From: Candidatus Methanimicrococcus odontotermitis
GTDB lineage: Archaea; Halobacteriota; Methanosarcinia; Methanosarcinales; Methanosarcinaceae
Assembly (NCBI GenBank): GCA_031286065.1
Contig: JAITUZ010000040.1
Span: 3,262-67,261 of the forward strand
Direction: 5' to 3'
Length of the DNA stretch: 64,000 nt
Positions 28,707-37,133 of the stretch are shown one piece after another. The notes under the pieces are model-generated. The model made no database searches. It was not told where the DNA came from and worked only from the letters and a program-made list of their open reading frames with translations. The translations under genes and the position numbers were made by a program. Each line of letters starts with the position of its first letter. Positions within the stretch are counted from its first letter, which is position 1.

Positions 28707-30263
28707 TTAATTTTTTGAAAAACCGCCGTTTTTATAGAAATGATAGATACAGCCGATTCCGGCAGCATTAATGACCGTAATCAGCAGATAACAAATCGGT
28801 TTCATGTATTTTGATAGAAAAGAAGACGCCGACAGCGGAAGTTCATCCGAGCTTGTCAAAAATGAATCGGTAGATACTGAATAATCCGACAAATCAATAA
28901 ATGTGTCTTTTGTGATTTGGAATCGGGTTTCGGATCGATCATATTTGATTTTTGATCCGGTCAGATCCCATTTCAGAGAATAATGACCGGGTTCCAGCCC
29001 GGCAACGGAATATTTCAAGAAACCGTGGCTGCGGTCAAATCCTAAAGAGTTGAAAACTTCAGATTCGCCGTCTTCCGTCAGCCGAAATAATCGAATTTGA
29101 ACCGGCTCGGGTGCCTGAAGATAAAATGCCGCTTTTTCTTTGACCGGCAGGACTTCGCCTTTTGAAAAACGCGGCTGATTTTGAATATTGAAAAGAGATA
29201 TCAAAGTCGGCGCAATATCTTCCTGTCCGGTTTCTTCAAACAAAACGGCATTTTGTTTAATCGAATTGCCGGAAACGATAAACGGGATTTTCAAAGATTC
29301 ATTGGTTTTGGAATACTTAGAAGAACCGTGACCGCCACCTTTTTTATTTTGCTCTTCAAAAGCCATACCGTGATCGGCCGTCAATAAAAAGAAAAGATTA
29401 TTGCGGCGGCATTTGTCATATAATTTCTCCAAATCTTTGTCCAGCTTGTCAACAGCGTCCAAATACGCGTAGTAACCGCGGTAATGTCCGGTTGAATCAA
29501 CGGCGCCGACACTGATGACGAGAATAAATTTTTGATCGGGATATTTTTCCATTACAGATAAAACGTCATAAGCGACATCCAATCCCCAGCGGTTATATCC
29601 GGCGTACTTTTCACCGGCATCTTTTGCGCTGATGCAAGAGGCAGCGCGGTTTTTCCCGGAATTGAAAACAGAAACGGTGTCATTGAGAACATTCGGATCA
29701 GACCCGTCAAATGAATTTCTTTGAATTGTGAAATCCATGTTATTGACCGAATTCGTTTTATCATAAATAATGACATCGAACTTACCGCGCATAGATTCAA
29801 AATCTCCGCGCTGCATGATTCCGATGCAGAGAAAACCCTCCTCTCTCAAAACATCCATAACGGTTGACTCCGCATATCCGACCATTTCAGCGTCCGCGGA
29901 GGGATTTCCTGTGACCAGAACAGAATGGCCTTTTTCGGTTACGGGAACCGGAACTTTCATATGTGAAATTCGAAATCCGCTGTTCCAAATTTTCGGCAGA
30001 ACCGAAAGAGAGGCTTTTTCAACATGTTCACCGACAAGTGTTTTTCCTTCAGATTCAGGAAAAAGATAAGACGAGCCGAGACCGTCAACGATCAAGCAGA
30101 CGGCGCCGTTGGGCAAAGGATGACTTTCGTCCAAGTTCGTATAAAGCGTATAATTATGAAACTCAGAGGAACCATACGCCGAAACAGGCATTAGAGCCGC
30201 TGACAAAAGAAAAGCCGCAAAAAGAACAAACAATCCGAAACGAAAACTGCTGATAGATGTCAT
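28707..30263 (-). CDS. alkaline-phosphatase-superfamily metalloenzyme, membrane-anchored
   Basis: VDGLG, DSTGH, TADHG, GGH; N-terminal signal and C-terminal TM. Confidence 0.8.
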   Translation of the reverse strand: MTSISSFRFGLFVLFAAFLLSAALMPVSAYGSSEFHNYTLYTNLDESHPLPNGAVCLIVDGLGSSYLFPESEGKTLVGEHVEKASLSVLPKIWNSGFRISHMKVPVPVTEKGHSVLVTGNPSADAEMVGYAESTVMDVLREEGFLCIGIMQRGDFESMRGKFDVIIYDKTNSVNNMDFTIQRNSFDGSDPNVLNDTVSVFNSGKNRAASCISAKDAGEKYAGYNRWGLDVAYDVLSVMEKYPDQKFILVISVGAVDSTGHYRGYYAYLDAVDKLDKDLEKLYDKCRRNNLFFLLTADHGMAFEEQNKKGGGHGSSKYSKTNESLKIPFIVSGNSIKQNAVLFEETGQEDIAPTLISLFNIQNQPRFSKGEVLPVKEKAAFYLQAPEPVQIRLFRLTEDGESEVFNSLGFDRSHGFLKYSVAGLEPGHYSLKWDLTGSKIKYDRSETRFQITKDTFIDLSDYSVSTDSFLTSSDELPLSASSFLSKYMKPICYLLITVINAAGIGCIYHFYKNGGFSKN

Positions 30264-30335
30264 GGATTTGACAAAATATTAAAAACATAATTAACTGCCG
30301 AATTTCTCAAAACAGAAAAATTTAAATCAGATTGT

Positions 30336-30381
30336 CCGGCCTGTTGTAAACGGCTCAGCCGACCTGTTGTAAACGGCTCAG
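30336..30381. repeat. 23-bp tandem duplication in a divergent promoter region
   Basis: CCG(G/A)CCTGTTGTAAACGGCTCAG x2. Confidence 0.85.
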
Positions 30382-30462
30382 CTGATTCCAAAGAAACGCT
30401 CTGATTATTGAGTTTGATTTATCCCGAAAAACAATTAAATAATAACGCAGAACAAGAACAGT

Positions 30463-31044
30463 ATGAATAAAACTGAAACTAAAACGCGCTGCGGGTGGTG
30501 CGGAAACGATCCGTTTTACATGAAATACCACGATGAAGAGTGGGGGAAAGAAGTGACCGGAGACCGAGAAATGTTTGAGTTTCTGGTGCTGGAAAGCGCG
30601 CAGGCCGGACTGAGCTGGCTTACAATCCTGCGCCGGCGCGAGGGATACCGCAGCGCATTCGTCGGTTTTGACGCCCGCAAAGTCGCCGAATTTACCGAAC
30701 AAGATGTTGAGCGTCTCATGCAGGACACCGGAATTATCCGCAACCGATTAAAAATTAAAGCGACTCTTTCAAACGCGCAGCATTTCTTAGAGATTCAGGA
30801 CGAATACGGCAGTTTCTGCAATTATTTGAAATCGTTTTTACCCGACGGGAAGCCGGTCATGAATCATTGGGAAACACTGTCAGAAATTCCTGCTTCCACG
30901 CCGCTTTCGGATGCGATCAGCAAAGATATGAAAAAACGCGGATTCAAGTTTTTCGGCACCACCATTTGCTACGCGCATTTGCAGGCGACAGGTCTTGTGA
31001 ATGACCATCTGACGAGTTGTTTTTGCCGCAAAGAGTTGGAATAA
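30463..31044 (+). CDS. tag: DNA-3-methyladenine glycosylase I
   Basis: RCGW, YHDEEWG, QAGLSW, IIRNRLKI, NDHLTSC. Confidence 0.95.
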   Translation: MNKTETKTRCGWCGNDPFYMKYHDEEWGKEVTGDREMFEFLVLESAQAGLSWLTILRRREGYRSAFVGFDARKVAEFTEQDVERLMQDTGIIRNRLKIKATLSNAQHFLEIQDEYGSFCNYLKSFLPDGKPVMNHWETLSEIPASTPLSDAISKDMKKRGFKFFGTTICYAHLQATGLVNDHLTSCFCRKELE

Positions 31045-31101
31045 TTATAACTTACCCCTCCGAAGAGATAAAATAAAAAGAGAGAAAAAGAGATTGGAAA
31101 T

Positions 31102-31560
31102 ATGGACAGAAAATATGCCTGCTGCTGCGGTCTTTACTGCGAAAACTGCGCGGTCAAGGTGAAAGTGGAACCTGCGGCGAAAGCTTTGTATGAAGAAATG
31201 AATCTGTTGGGATTTGCGGAAATTATGCAATTCTTTCCCGATGGCGAAAAGTTCTGGGCATTTTTAAAAGGCATGTCATCGGAAGGCATCTGTATCTCAT
31301 GCAAGGCGGGAAGCGGCAATCCGGCCTGCAAAATCAGGCTGTGCGCAAAAGAAAAAAATATTGAAATATGCGCCTTGTGCGGCAGTTATCCTTGCGAACA
31401 TTTCACAGCATTTTTTGAGGGCTATCCGATGCTTCGAAACGATAATGCCGTTTTGCGCGAAAAGGGATGGGAAGCGTGGGCAAAACTCCAAGACGAACGC
31501 CGGACAGAAGGATTTACTTTTTTTTACAGCAAAAACAGCGGCGAACCTGATAATGATTGA
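31102..31560 (+). CDS. Cys-rich DUF3795-like protein
   Basis: CCGLYCENC...CISCK...CKIRLCA...CALCGSYPC. Confidence 0.8.
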   Translation: MDRKYACCCGLYCENCAVKVKVEPAAKALYEEMNLLGFAEIMQFFPDGEKFWAFLKGMSSEGICISCKAGSGNPACKIRLCAKEKNIEICALCGSYPCEHFTAFFEGYPMLRNDNAVLREKGWEAWAKLQDERRTEGFTFFYSKNSGEPDND

Positions 31561-31828
31561 ATTTGATGCCGAAATCCATAAAGTGCCGGATTTGGACGGG
31601 GCGTATGTGGAAATTCCGTTCGATATACGAGCCGTGTTCGGGAAGGGGCGCGTCAAGGTTCGCGCCGTGTTCGACAGCGAGCCATACGACGGCAGCATCG
31701 TCAATATGGGCGTGGAAAACGCCGACGGTTCGGTGTGTTACATCATCGGTATCCGAAAGGACATCCGCACCAAAATCGGGAAACAGGCGGGCGATGTGAT
31801 TCACGTAACTCTTGAGGAAAGGATGTAA
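31553..31828 (+). CDS. DUF1905-like protein
   Basis: [40 protein letters not shown]; start at the internal ATG 31553. Confidence 0.8.
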   Translation: MIEFDAEIHKVPDLDGAYVEIPFDIRAVFGKGRVKVRAVFDSEPYDGSIVNMGVENADGSVCYIIGIRKDIRTKIGKQAGDVIHVTLEERM

Positions 31829-31880
31829 AAAAAGGATTCAAAAGGAAAATATAAATAAAATATTCCATATAATATGAAGC

Positions 31881-32357
31881 ATGGCACCAGAAGTAACAAG
31901 GCCGGCAGGACAAAGAACACCGACATCGGCATCGAGCAGACGGCCAAGCACAGCAATAACAGAAGCGGCTGATGAAGTAAAACCCACAAGGGATAGTTCG
32001 TCAGCATCGGGAAGGCGGCCAAGAGCAACAACAAAAGAAATAAACGATATAGAGACCGTCATATCTGCATTAATCGACGCCGAAGCGGCGCTGGAAGAAG
32101 CTAAAAAAGACATAGAGGCGGTAAAAGTAATGTTAAGGACGATACACGTTCCCCCCTCAAGCACCCAGCGGGTAGATGCTCCGGCGGGCAAGAACTCGTA
32201 CACCGCATCGAGTTACAGCGGACGGGTGGATGCTCCGGCGGGTAAAAACTCATACACCAAGTCGACCCCCGGCATCATCGAATCGGAATTGCCGGCATCC
32301 GGATCGGGGTCAAATTCTCCGACGCGAAGCGGTACAAGCTCAGGAAGACGGAAGTAA
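31881..32357 (+). CDS. hypothetical low-complexity/coiled-coil protein with a duplicated RVDAPAGKNSYT motif
   Basis: 158-aa ORF; 12-aa repeat encoded with synonymous differences. Confidence 0.55.
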   Translation: MAPEVTRPAGQRTPTSASSRRPSTAITEAADEVKPTRDSSSASGRRPRATTKEINDIETVISALIDAEAALEEAKKDIEAVKVMLRTIHVPPSSTQRVDAPAGKNSYTASSYSGRVDAPAGKNSYTKSTPGIIESELPASGSGSNSPTRSGTSSGRRK

Positions 32358-32595
32358 CTTCCGGAAACCCCCGACACCTCAAATGACGCAGCAGATTGCT
32401 TTTCCGTTTCATATCAGACGCAGACATTATTATGTCTGCCAATCCCGAAGGTGTTTTTTTACAAAAGCTGAAAATTGGTATGACGGAATACAATTTGAAG
32501 AAGAAAATAATTCAATTCGCCTTAACCGTATTTCACCTATATTTTAAAAGTACGTATGTCTCCGACCCAAGTACAGATAAATTTTCTTCTCCATT

Positions 32596-32690
32596 GTCAA
32601 TTATCAATTGCCGGTCAATCAGCAAAAAATACGGCAGCGTTCAAGCGTTGCGGGATATTTCATTTTCGGCAGATAAAGGCGAAATATTCC
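32596..32690 (+). pseudogene. remnant of an ABC transporter ATPase 5' end
   Basis: IINCRSISKKYGSVQALRDISFSADKGEIF, then no Walker A. Confidence 0.55.
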
Positions 32691-32808
32691 GCACTTTTAC
32701 GGCGCATATGCCGCCAATATGGAATATATCGCATCTTTTGAGGAATATAAACAATTTATGTGAAATGTGCACCAAAATTGATTGAAAAAAACAGAATGGA
32801 GAATAAAA

Positions 32809-33246
32809 ATGAAATATATTATAAATCCATTTATTTCTGTCGGAAACCTAAAATTTGGAACGGACAGACAATCTGTAAACGGTTATTTGAATACAAAATT
32901 TAAATCTGTATTTGAACAGACGACAGATGGCGTAAATATTGTCAATGATCATTATGACAGTGAAGGATTGATTTTAGGTTATTTCGATAAAATATTTAAG
33001 CTGCGATATATTATTTTGACTGATCCTTGTGAAGTGTTTTTTGAAAATAAGGATTTGTTAGAAATGAATTATCGCGAGTGTTTGAATTTTATGAAAAAAT
33101 ATGATAAAAACGTTGAGGAAGAAGAATATGTTGGATTTACAAGTTATAAATACGGTATCTCAATTTATGCGGAAGACGCGGCTGAAAATCCGGATTGTTG
33201 CATAGAAGCCGTAACCATCGGAGAAAGGGGTTATTTTGAAAAATAA
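32809..33246 (+). CDS. AT-rich hypothetical protein
   Basis: GGAG RBS before ATG 32809; INPFISVGNLKFG. Confidence 0.7.
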   Translation: MKYIINPFISVGNLKFGTDRQSVNGYLNTKFKSVFEQTTDGVNIVNDHYDSEGLILGYFDKIFKLRYIILTDPCEVFFENKDLLEMNYRECLNFMKKYDKNVEEEEYVGFTSYKYGISIYAEDAAENPDCCIEAVTIGERGYFEK

Positions 33247-33614
33247 AAATTTAAAATAACCGGAGCAGGGAACACTTCACATAACAGGACCGTAAACGCT
33301 TCACCGCCGTTCTGCATGGCAGTCCTGCCAATTTATGTCCGTTTCAATATGTTGTATTATGGGGGATCTCTTTAAATTTGCTGTTCTTGAAATTAAATAA
33401 CCGATTGACTATAATAAAGTAACAATGCCATGAATTTTAATGTTATAATTTTTATATTCTGAAAGTGTTTGGAGCATGAGTGATTTCGTCCTGTTTATGC
33501 AAAATACCGGAAGAGAAGAAACGGCATATTATTTTTGGAAATTATCCGCTTTCCCAATTGCAATGCAGAAAACAAAAAACAAGTTGAGATCATAATCTGC
33601 TGTACGGTGACTGA

Positions 33615-34601
33615 ATGAGCATAAAGACAGGATTTACTTTGGGCAAATACGCTCCTTTTCATAAAGGGCATGAGTTTGTGATCGCCGCCGCTTTAAAGGA
33701 AATGCAAAAGGTCATTGTAATAATTTATAATGCCTCAGAGGTTACGGACATACCGACAGAAAAAAGAGCTGATTGGATACGTCAAATATTTCCGGATGTC
33801 GAAATTATTGTAGCTGAAGACGGACCGCAGGAGACCGGATATACTTCTGAAATAATGGAAAAGCAGCATAATTTCTTAAAACGTGTGTTAAATGGCAGAG
33901 AAATCCACTCATTTTATTCAAGTGAAAATTATGGTGCTTTTGTGAGTGAAGCCTTGAATTGCAATAATCGAATCGTTGACATAAACAGAGAAATAATTCC
34001 GATAAGCGGTAAACAAATACGCCAAACTAAAGATGTGAAAAATATTAAAAAGTTTGTTTCAAAAGTTGTTTACGATGACATAAAGCCCAAATACTATTTT
34101 CTGGGTGCCCCTTCAACCGGAAAAACGACAATTTCTCAAAAATGCGCATCATTTTTCAACGGTTCGTATTGTGAAGAATATGGCAGAAATTATTGGTTTA
34201 TGTTTCAGAAAGATCACCGTCTTTCAATGAGCGATCTGGAAAAAATAGCTATCGGGCACAATAATCTTGAGGACAGGGTATTTGCGGAAGACAAAGACTG
34301 TGTTTTTATTGATACCAATGTAATAACGACATATTCATATGCTCTTTATTATTTCGGGAAAGCTTCACAACTGCTGACTGATATATTACAATCGTCACTC
34401 TACAAATATCATCATATTTTTCTGTGCGACAAGGATATACCCTTTGATGATACATGGGATCGTTCGGGACCGGAATCAAGAGAAGCGATTCAGCAGATAA
34501 ATAAAATGGTTCTTGACGATAACAAACTAAAGTATACGGTTTTATCCGGAACTCCGGAAGAAAGAGCGGAAACGGTAAATCTGTATATCGAAAAGAGGTG
34601 A
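33615..34601 (+). CDS. nadR: NadR-like bifunctional NMN adenylyltransferase / ribosylnicotinamide kinase (no HTH)
   Basis: GKYAPFHKGH (HxGH), GAPSTGKTT, EEYGR, FIDTN. Confidence 0.85.
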   Translation: MSIKTGFTLGKYAPFHKGHEFVIAAALKEMQKVIVIIYNASEVTDIPTEKRADWIRQIFPDVEIIVAEDGPQETGYTSEIMEKQHNFLKRVLNGREIHSFYSSENYGAFVSEALNCNNRIVDINREIIPISGKQIRQTKDVKNIKKFVSKVVYDDIKPKYYFLGAPSTGKTTISQKCASFFNGSYCEEYGRNYWFMFQKDHRLSMSDLEKIAIGHNNLEDRVFAEDKDCVFIDTNVITTYSYALYYFGKASQLLTDILQSSLYKYHHIFLCDKDIPFDDTWDRSGPESREAIQQINKMVLDDNKLKYTVLSGTPEERAETVNLYIEKR

Positions 34602-34607
34602 CACTCA

Positions 34608-35258
34608 ATGAATTTTTTGGATATCAATACAATTATGATCGAAATCGGCAATTATCCGTTAAGCTACATTGAGTTTTTGGGAACGGTGTTATATTTCATT
34701 TCTGTGTTCTTGATTTCTCGGAAAAATATTCTCACTTGGCCTGTAGGAATACTTTCCGTTATTTTGTATTTCATTCTATTTTATCAAATACAGCTTTATG
34801 CAGACATGCTTGAGCAAGTTTATTATTTTGTAATCAGCATATGCGGATGGATCTTTTGGCACAAAAAAAGAGAAGAGCAAGCGGAAAAGAAAATTGAAAC
34901 ATCATGGGGCTCATCAAAACAGATTGCTTTGACTGCTGCGGCAACAATAATACTTACATGCATTTTGACAGTTTGCATATCTAATTTTCATGTGTGGCTG
35001 CCGGCCATATTTACGGAACAAGCATCTTTTCCTTTTCTTGATGCATTAACGACAATAATGAGTTTTACAGCTATGTATTTGACAACAATCAAAAAGAATG
35101 AAGGGTGGATATACTGGATTATCGTTGATGTTATCGCAATAGGGTTGTATTGGGTAAAAGATGTCAAATTTATGTCCGTCCAATATGTTATATTATTGGG
35201 GATGGCTATATACGGCATGTTTATTTGGATGAGGGGTTACACATCCGGAAAAAAATAA
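34608..35258 (+). CDS. pnuC: PnuC-family nicotinamide riboside transporter
   Basis: WPVGILS, LYADM, FLDALTT, EGWIYWIIVD. Confidence 0.9.
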   Translation: MNFLDINTIMIEIGNYPLSYIEFLGTVLYFISVFLISRKNILTWPVGILSVILYFILFYQIQLYADMLEQVYYFVISICGWIFWHKKREEQAEKKIETSWGSSKQIALTAAATIILTCILTVCISNFHVWLPAIFTEQASFPFLDALTTIMSFTAMYLTTIKKNEGWIYWIIVDVIAIGLYWVKDVKFMSVQYVILLGMAIYGMFIWMRGYTSGKK

Positions 35259-35288
35259 CAATTAATCTCATCCTAAATTTTTAAAGAT

Positions 35289-35355
35289 ATTTCACTGTCC
35301 TATTAATTCTAATTTCACTGTCCTATTAATTCTAATTTCATTGTCCTATTAATTC
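35289..35355. repeat. three tandem 23-bp repeats
   Basis: ATTTCACTGTCCTATTAATTCTA x~3. Confidence 0.85.
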
Positions 35356-35477
35356 GGATTCCTTTTAAATCAATTCAACTTTCTTTTTTTTCAATTTTTC
35401 TGAACGGATAATTAATATTCAAAAATCTCCTCATTACATTTTGCTTGTTTAATTTAAGAATGATTGTTTAGAAATGG

Positions 35478-36554
35478 ATGGGATTTACAAATATGAGTTG
35501 GACAACACCGAAACCCGAATACAATGCTGAAAAGCCGCTTTACATCTGCGTTTTATCAAACACGAAAACGTCACAGATCCCCGGCCTCTCAGCTGCGGGA
35601 AAAACGGCGGAACTGACTGTTTACACGCCTGCCGGCGACAGCGAATTGATGCATACAGGAAACATTATCAGCGTTCCCGTAATGCCTATGACGCCGCCTT
35701 ATGATACGCCGACCCCGGCCGTCATCACAAAATCCGCTCTCAATCTGACAAAAGTTCCTTATGTTTTCGTCAATTCAGGACTCATGATTCTGCCGGACGA
35801 CTCCATTCCGATGTACTGTACAGACGCGCAGGCCGGCGAAGATATCACGATTGGAAATGCCGTTCATGATCCGAAAGCCATTTTTGAAAACGCCAAAAAA
35901 ATCGGTCTCGAACTTGCGCCGACCACCGATCATCCGGTCATCGGCGAAAGCACTCCGGGCGGAACGACAACAGCGATGGGCGTCCTCATCGCGCTCGGAT
36001 ATGACGCGAAAGTCAGCAGCAGCGCCGACATCAATCCGGTTGAGCTGAAATGTCAAGTCGTCAGCAACTCGATGAAAAGAAACAACATCGTCATCGGAAG
36101 TCTTCGTGACGATCCGCTTCGGGCCGTTGAGCTGCTCGGCGACCCCATGATGCCTGCCGTTGCGGGCTTGATTGCGGGATTCAAAGAATATGATTCCGAG
36201 ATGAATATTATCATGGCCGGCGGAACGCAGATGGCAGCCGTTTACGCTGTTGCCAAACATATGGGCGTCAACCTTAAAAATGTGGATTTGGCAACCACAC
36301 GCTATGTCATGGAAGATAAAACCGCCAACTTCAGCGACCTTTCCAAAGCGCTCGGCTTTAAGGCTTACATTTCCGACCCGGGTTTCAGCAAATCCCGTCT
36401 TCCCGGAATTCAAAGATATGATACGGGAACGATTAAAGAAGGCGCCGGCGCCGGCGGCGCTATGTATCTGGCTAATATGTTAGGCTTCTCCGATACAGAA
36501 TTTCGGGAAGAAGTCGAGAAAGTCTGTGAAATTTTAAAAGCGGGAAACGTTTGA
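35478..36554 (+). CDS. cobT: archaeal nicotinate-nucleotide--dimethylbenzimidazole phosphoribosyltransferase
   Basis: [37 protein letters not shown]. Confidence 0.92.
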   Translation: MGFTNMSWTTPKPEYNAEKPLYICVLSNTKTSQIPGLSAAGKTAELTVYTPAGDSELMHTGNIISVPVMPMTPPYDTPTPAVITKSALNLTKVPYVFVNSGLMILPDDSIPMYCTDAQAGEDITIGNAVHDPKAIFENAKKIGLELAPTTDHPVIGESTPGGTTTAMGVLIALGYDAKVSSSADINPVELKCQVVSNSMKRNNIVIGSLRDDPLRAVELLGDPMMPAVAGLIAGFKEYDSEMNIIMAGGTQMAAVYAVAKHMGVNLKNVDLATTRYVMEDKTANFSDLSKALGFKAYISDPGFSKSRLPGIQRYDTGTIKEGAGAGGAMYLANMLGFSDTEFREEVEKVCEILKAGNV

Positions 36555-36639
36555 TTTCCTTTTCTATTCTGATTTTCTATAATTTTTATTATAATTTTGA
36601 ATAAAACGGATGTTTCGTTTAATTTAAAAATGATTGAAA

Positions 36640-37005
36640 AAGCGAAACAACCGCCCGCTAATTTTCGTCCCGAACTGAGCAGAGCGAAGTGAGGGGCGGA
36701 AATTTGCGGATTCGTACCCGTCCGATACAGCAAAAACGAAAAACTGTTTTCGTTCACTTTTCCGTTTGTATCTGCTTTGCTATGCGCGTCTGCTTTGCTA
36801 TGCGCGTCTGCTCTTTCTCATAGCAGCCGTTCGCTTACGCGAACGTGGGCACGGCTGGCTTCTCATCGCCGTTCCCCACTGCCGCCTCCCCACTGCCGTT
36901 CCGCACTGTTGCCTTCTCATCGCCGTTTCACGCTTCTGCCTTCTTGCCGCCGTTTCGCACTGCCGCCTCGCCGGCGCCGCGCACAAGCTGTTCGGGTTTT
37001 CATAA
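36640..37005. repeat. GC-rich intergenic repeat element with hairpins (copy 1)
   Basis: Core GCAGCCGTTCGCTTACGCGAACGTGGGCACGG shared with ~59690-59722; tandem TCTGCTTTGCTATGCGCG; GCCG-rich tract. Confidence 0.75.
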
Positions 37006-37133
37006 TTTTTGAAAATTGCCTCCCTCGTTTATTAAAAATTCCACAAATTCCGAATTTTTAAAAATCCCGCAAATTCGATTTCGTTTTTCAAATATGATAA
37101 ATATTTAAACCATTTCTTCTTTTGAGGTATCAA

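Noticed and set aside
36766-37061. Cys/Arg/Ala-rich short ORFs (also 59453-59783)
   Set aside because: Translations of the GC-rich repeat element; no protein-like features
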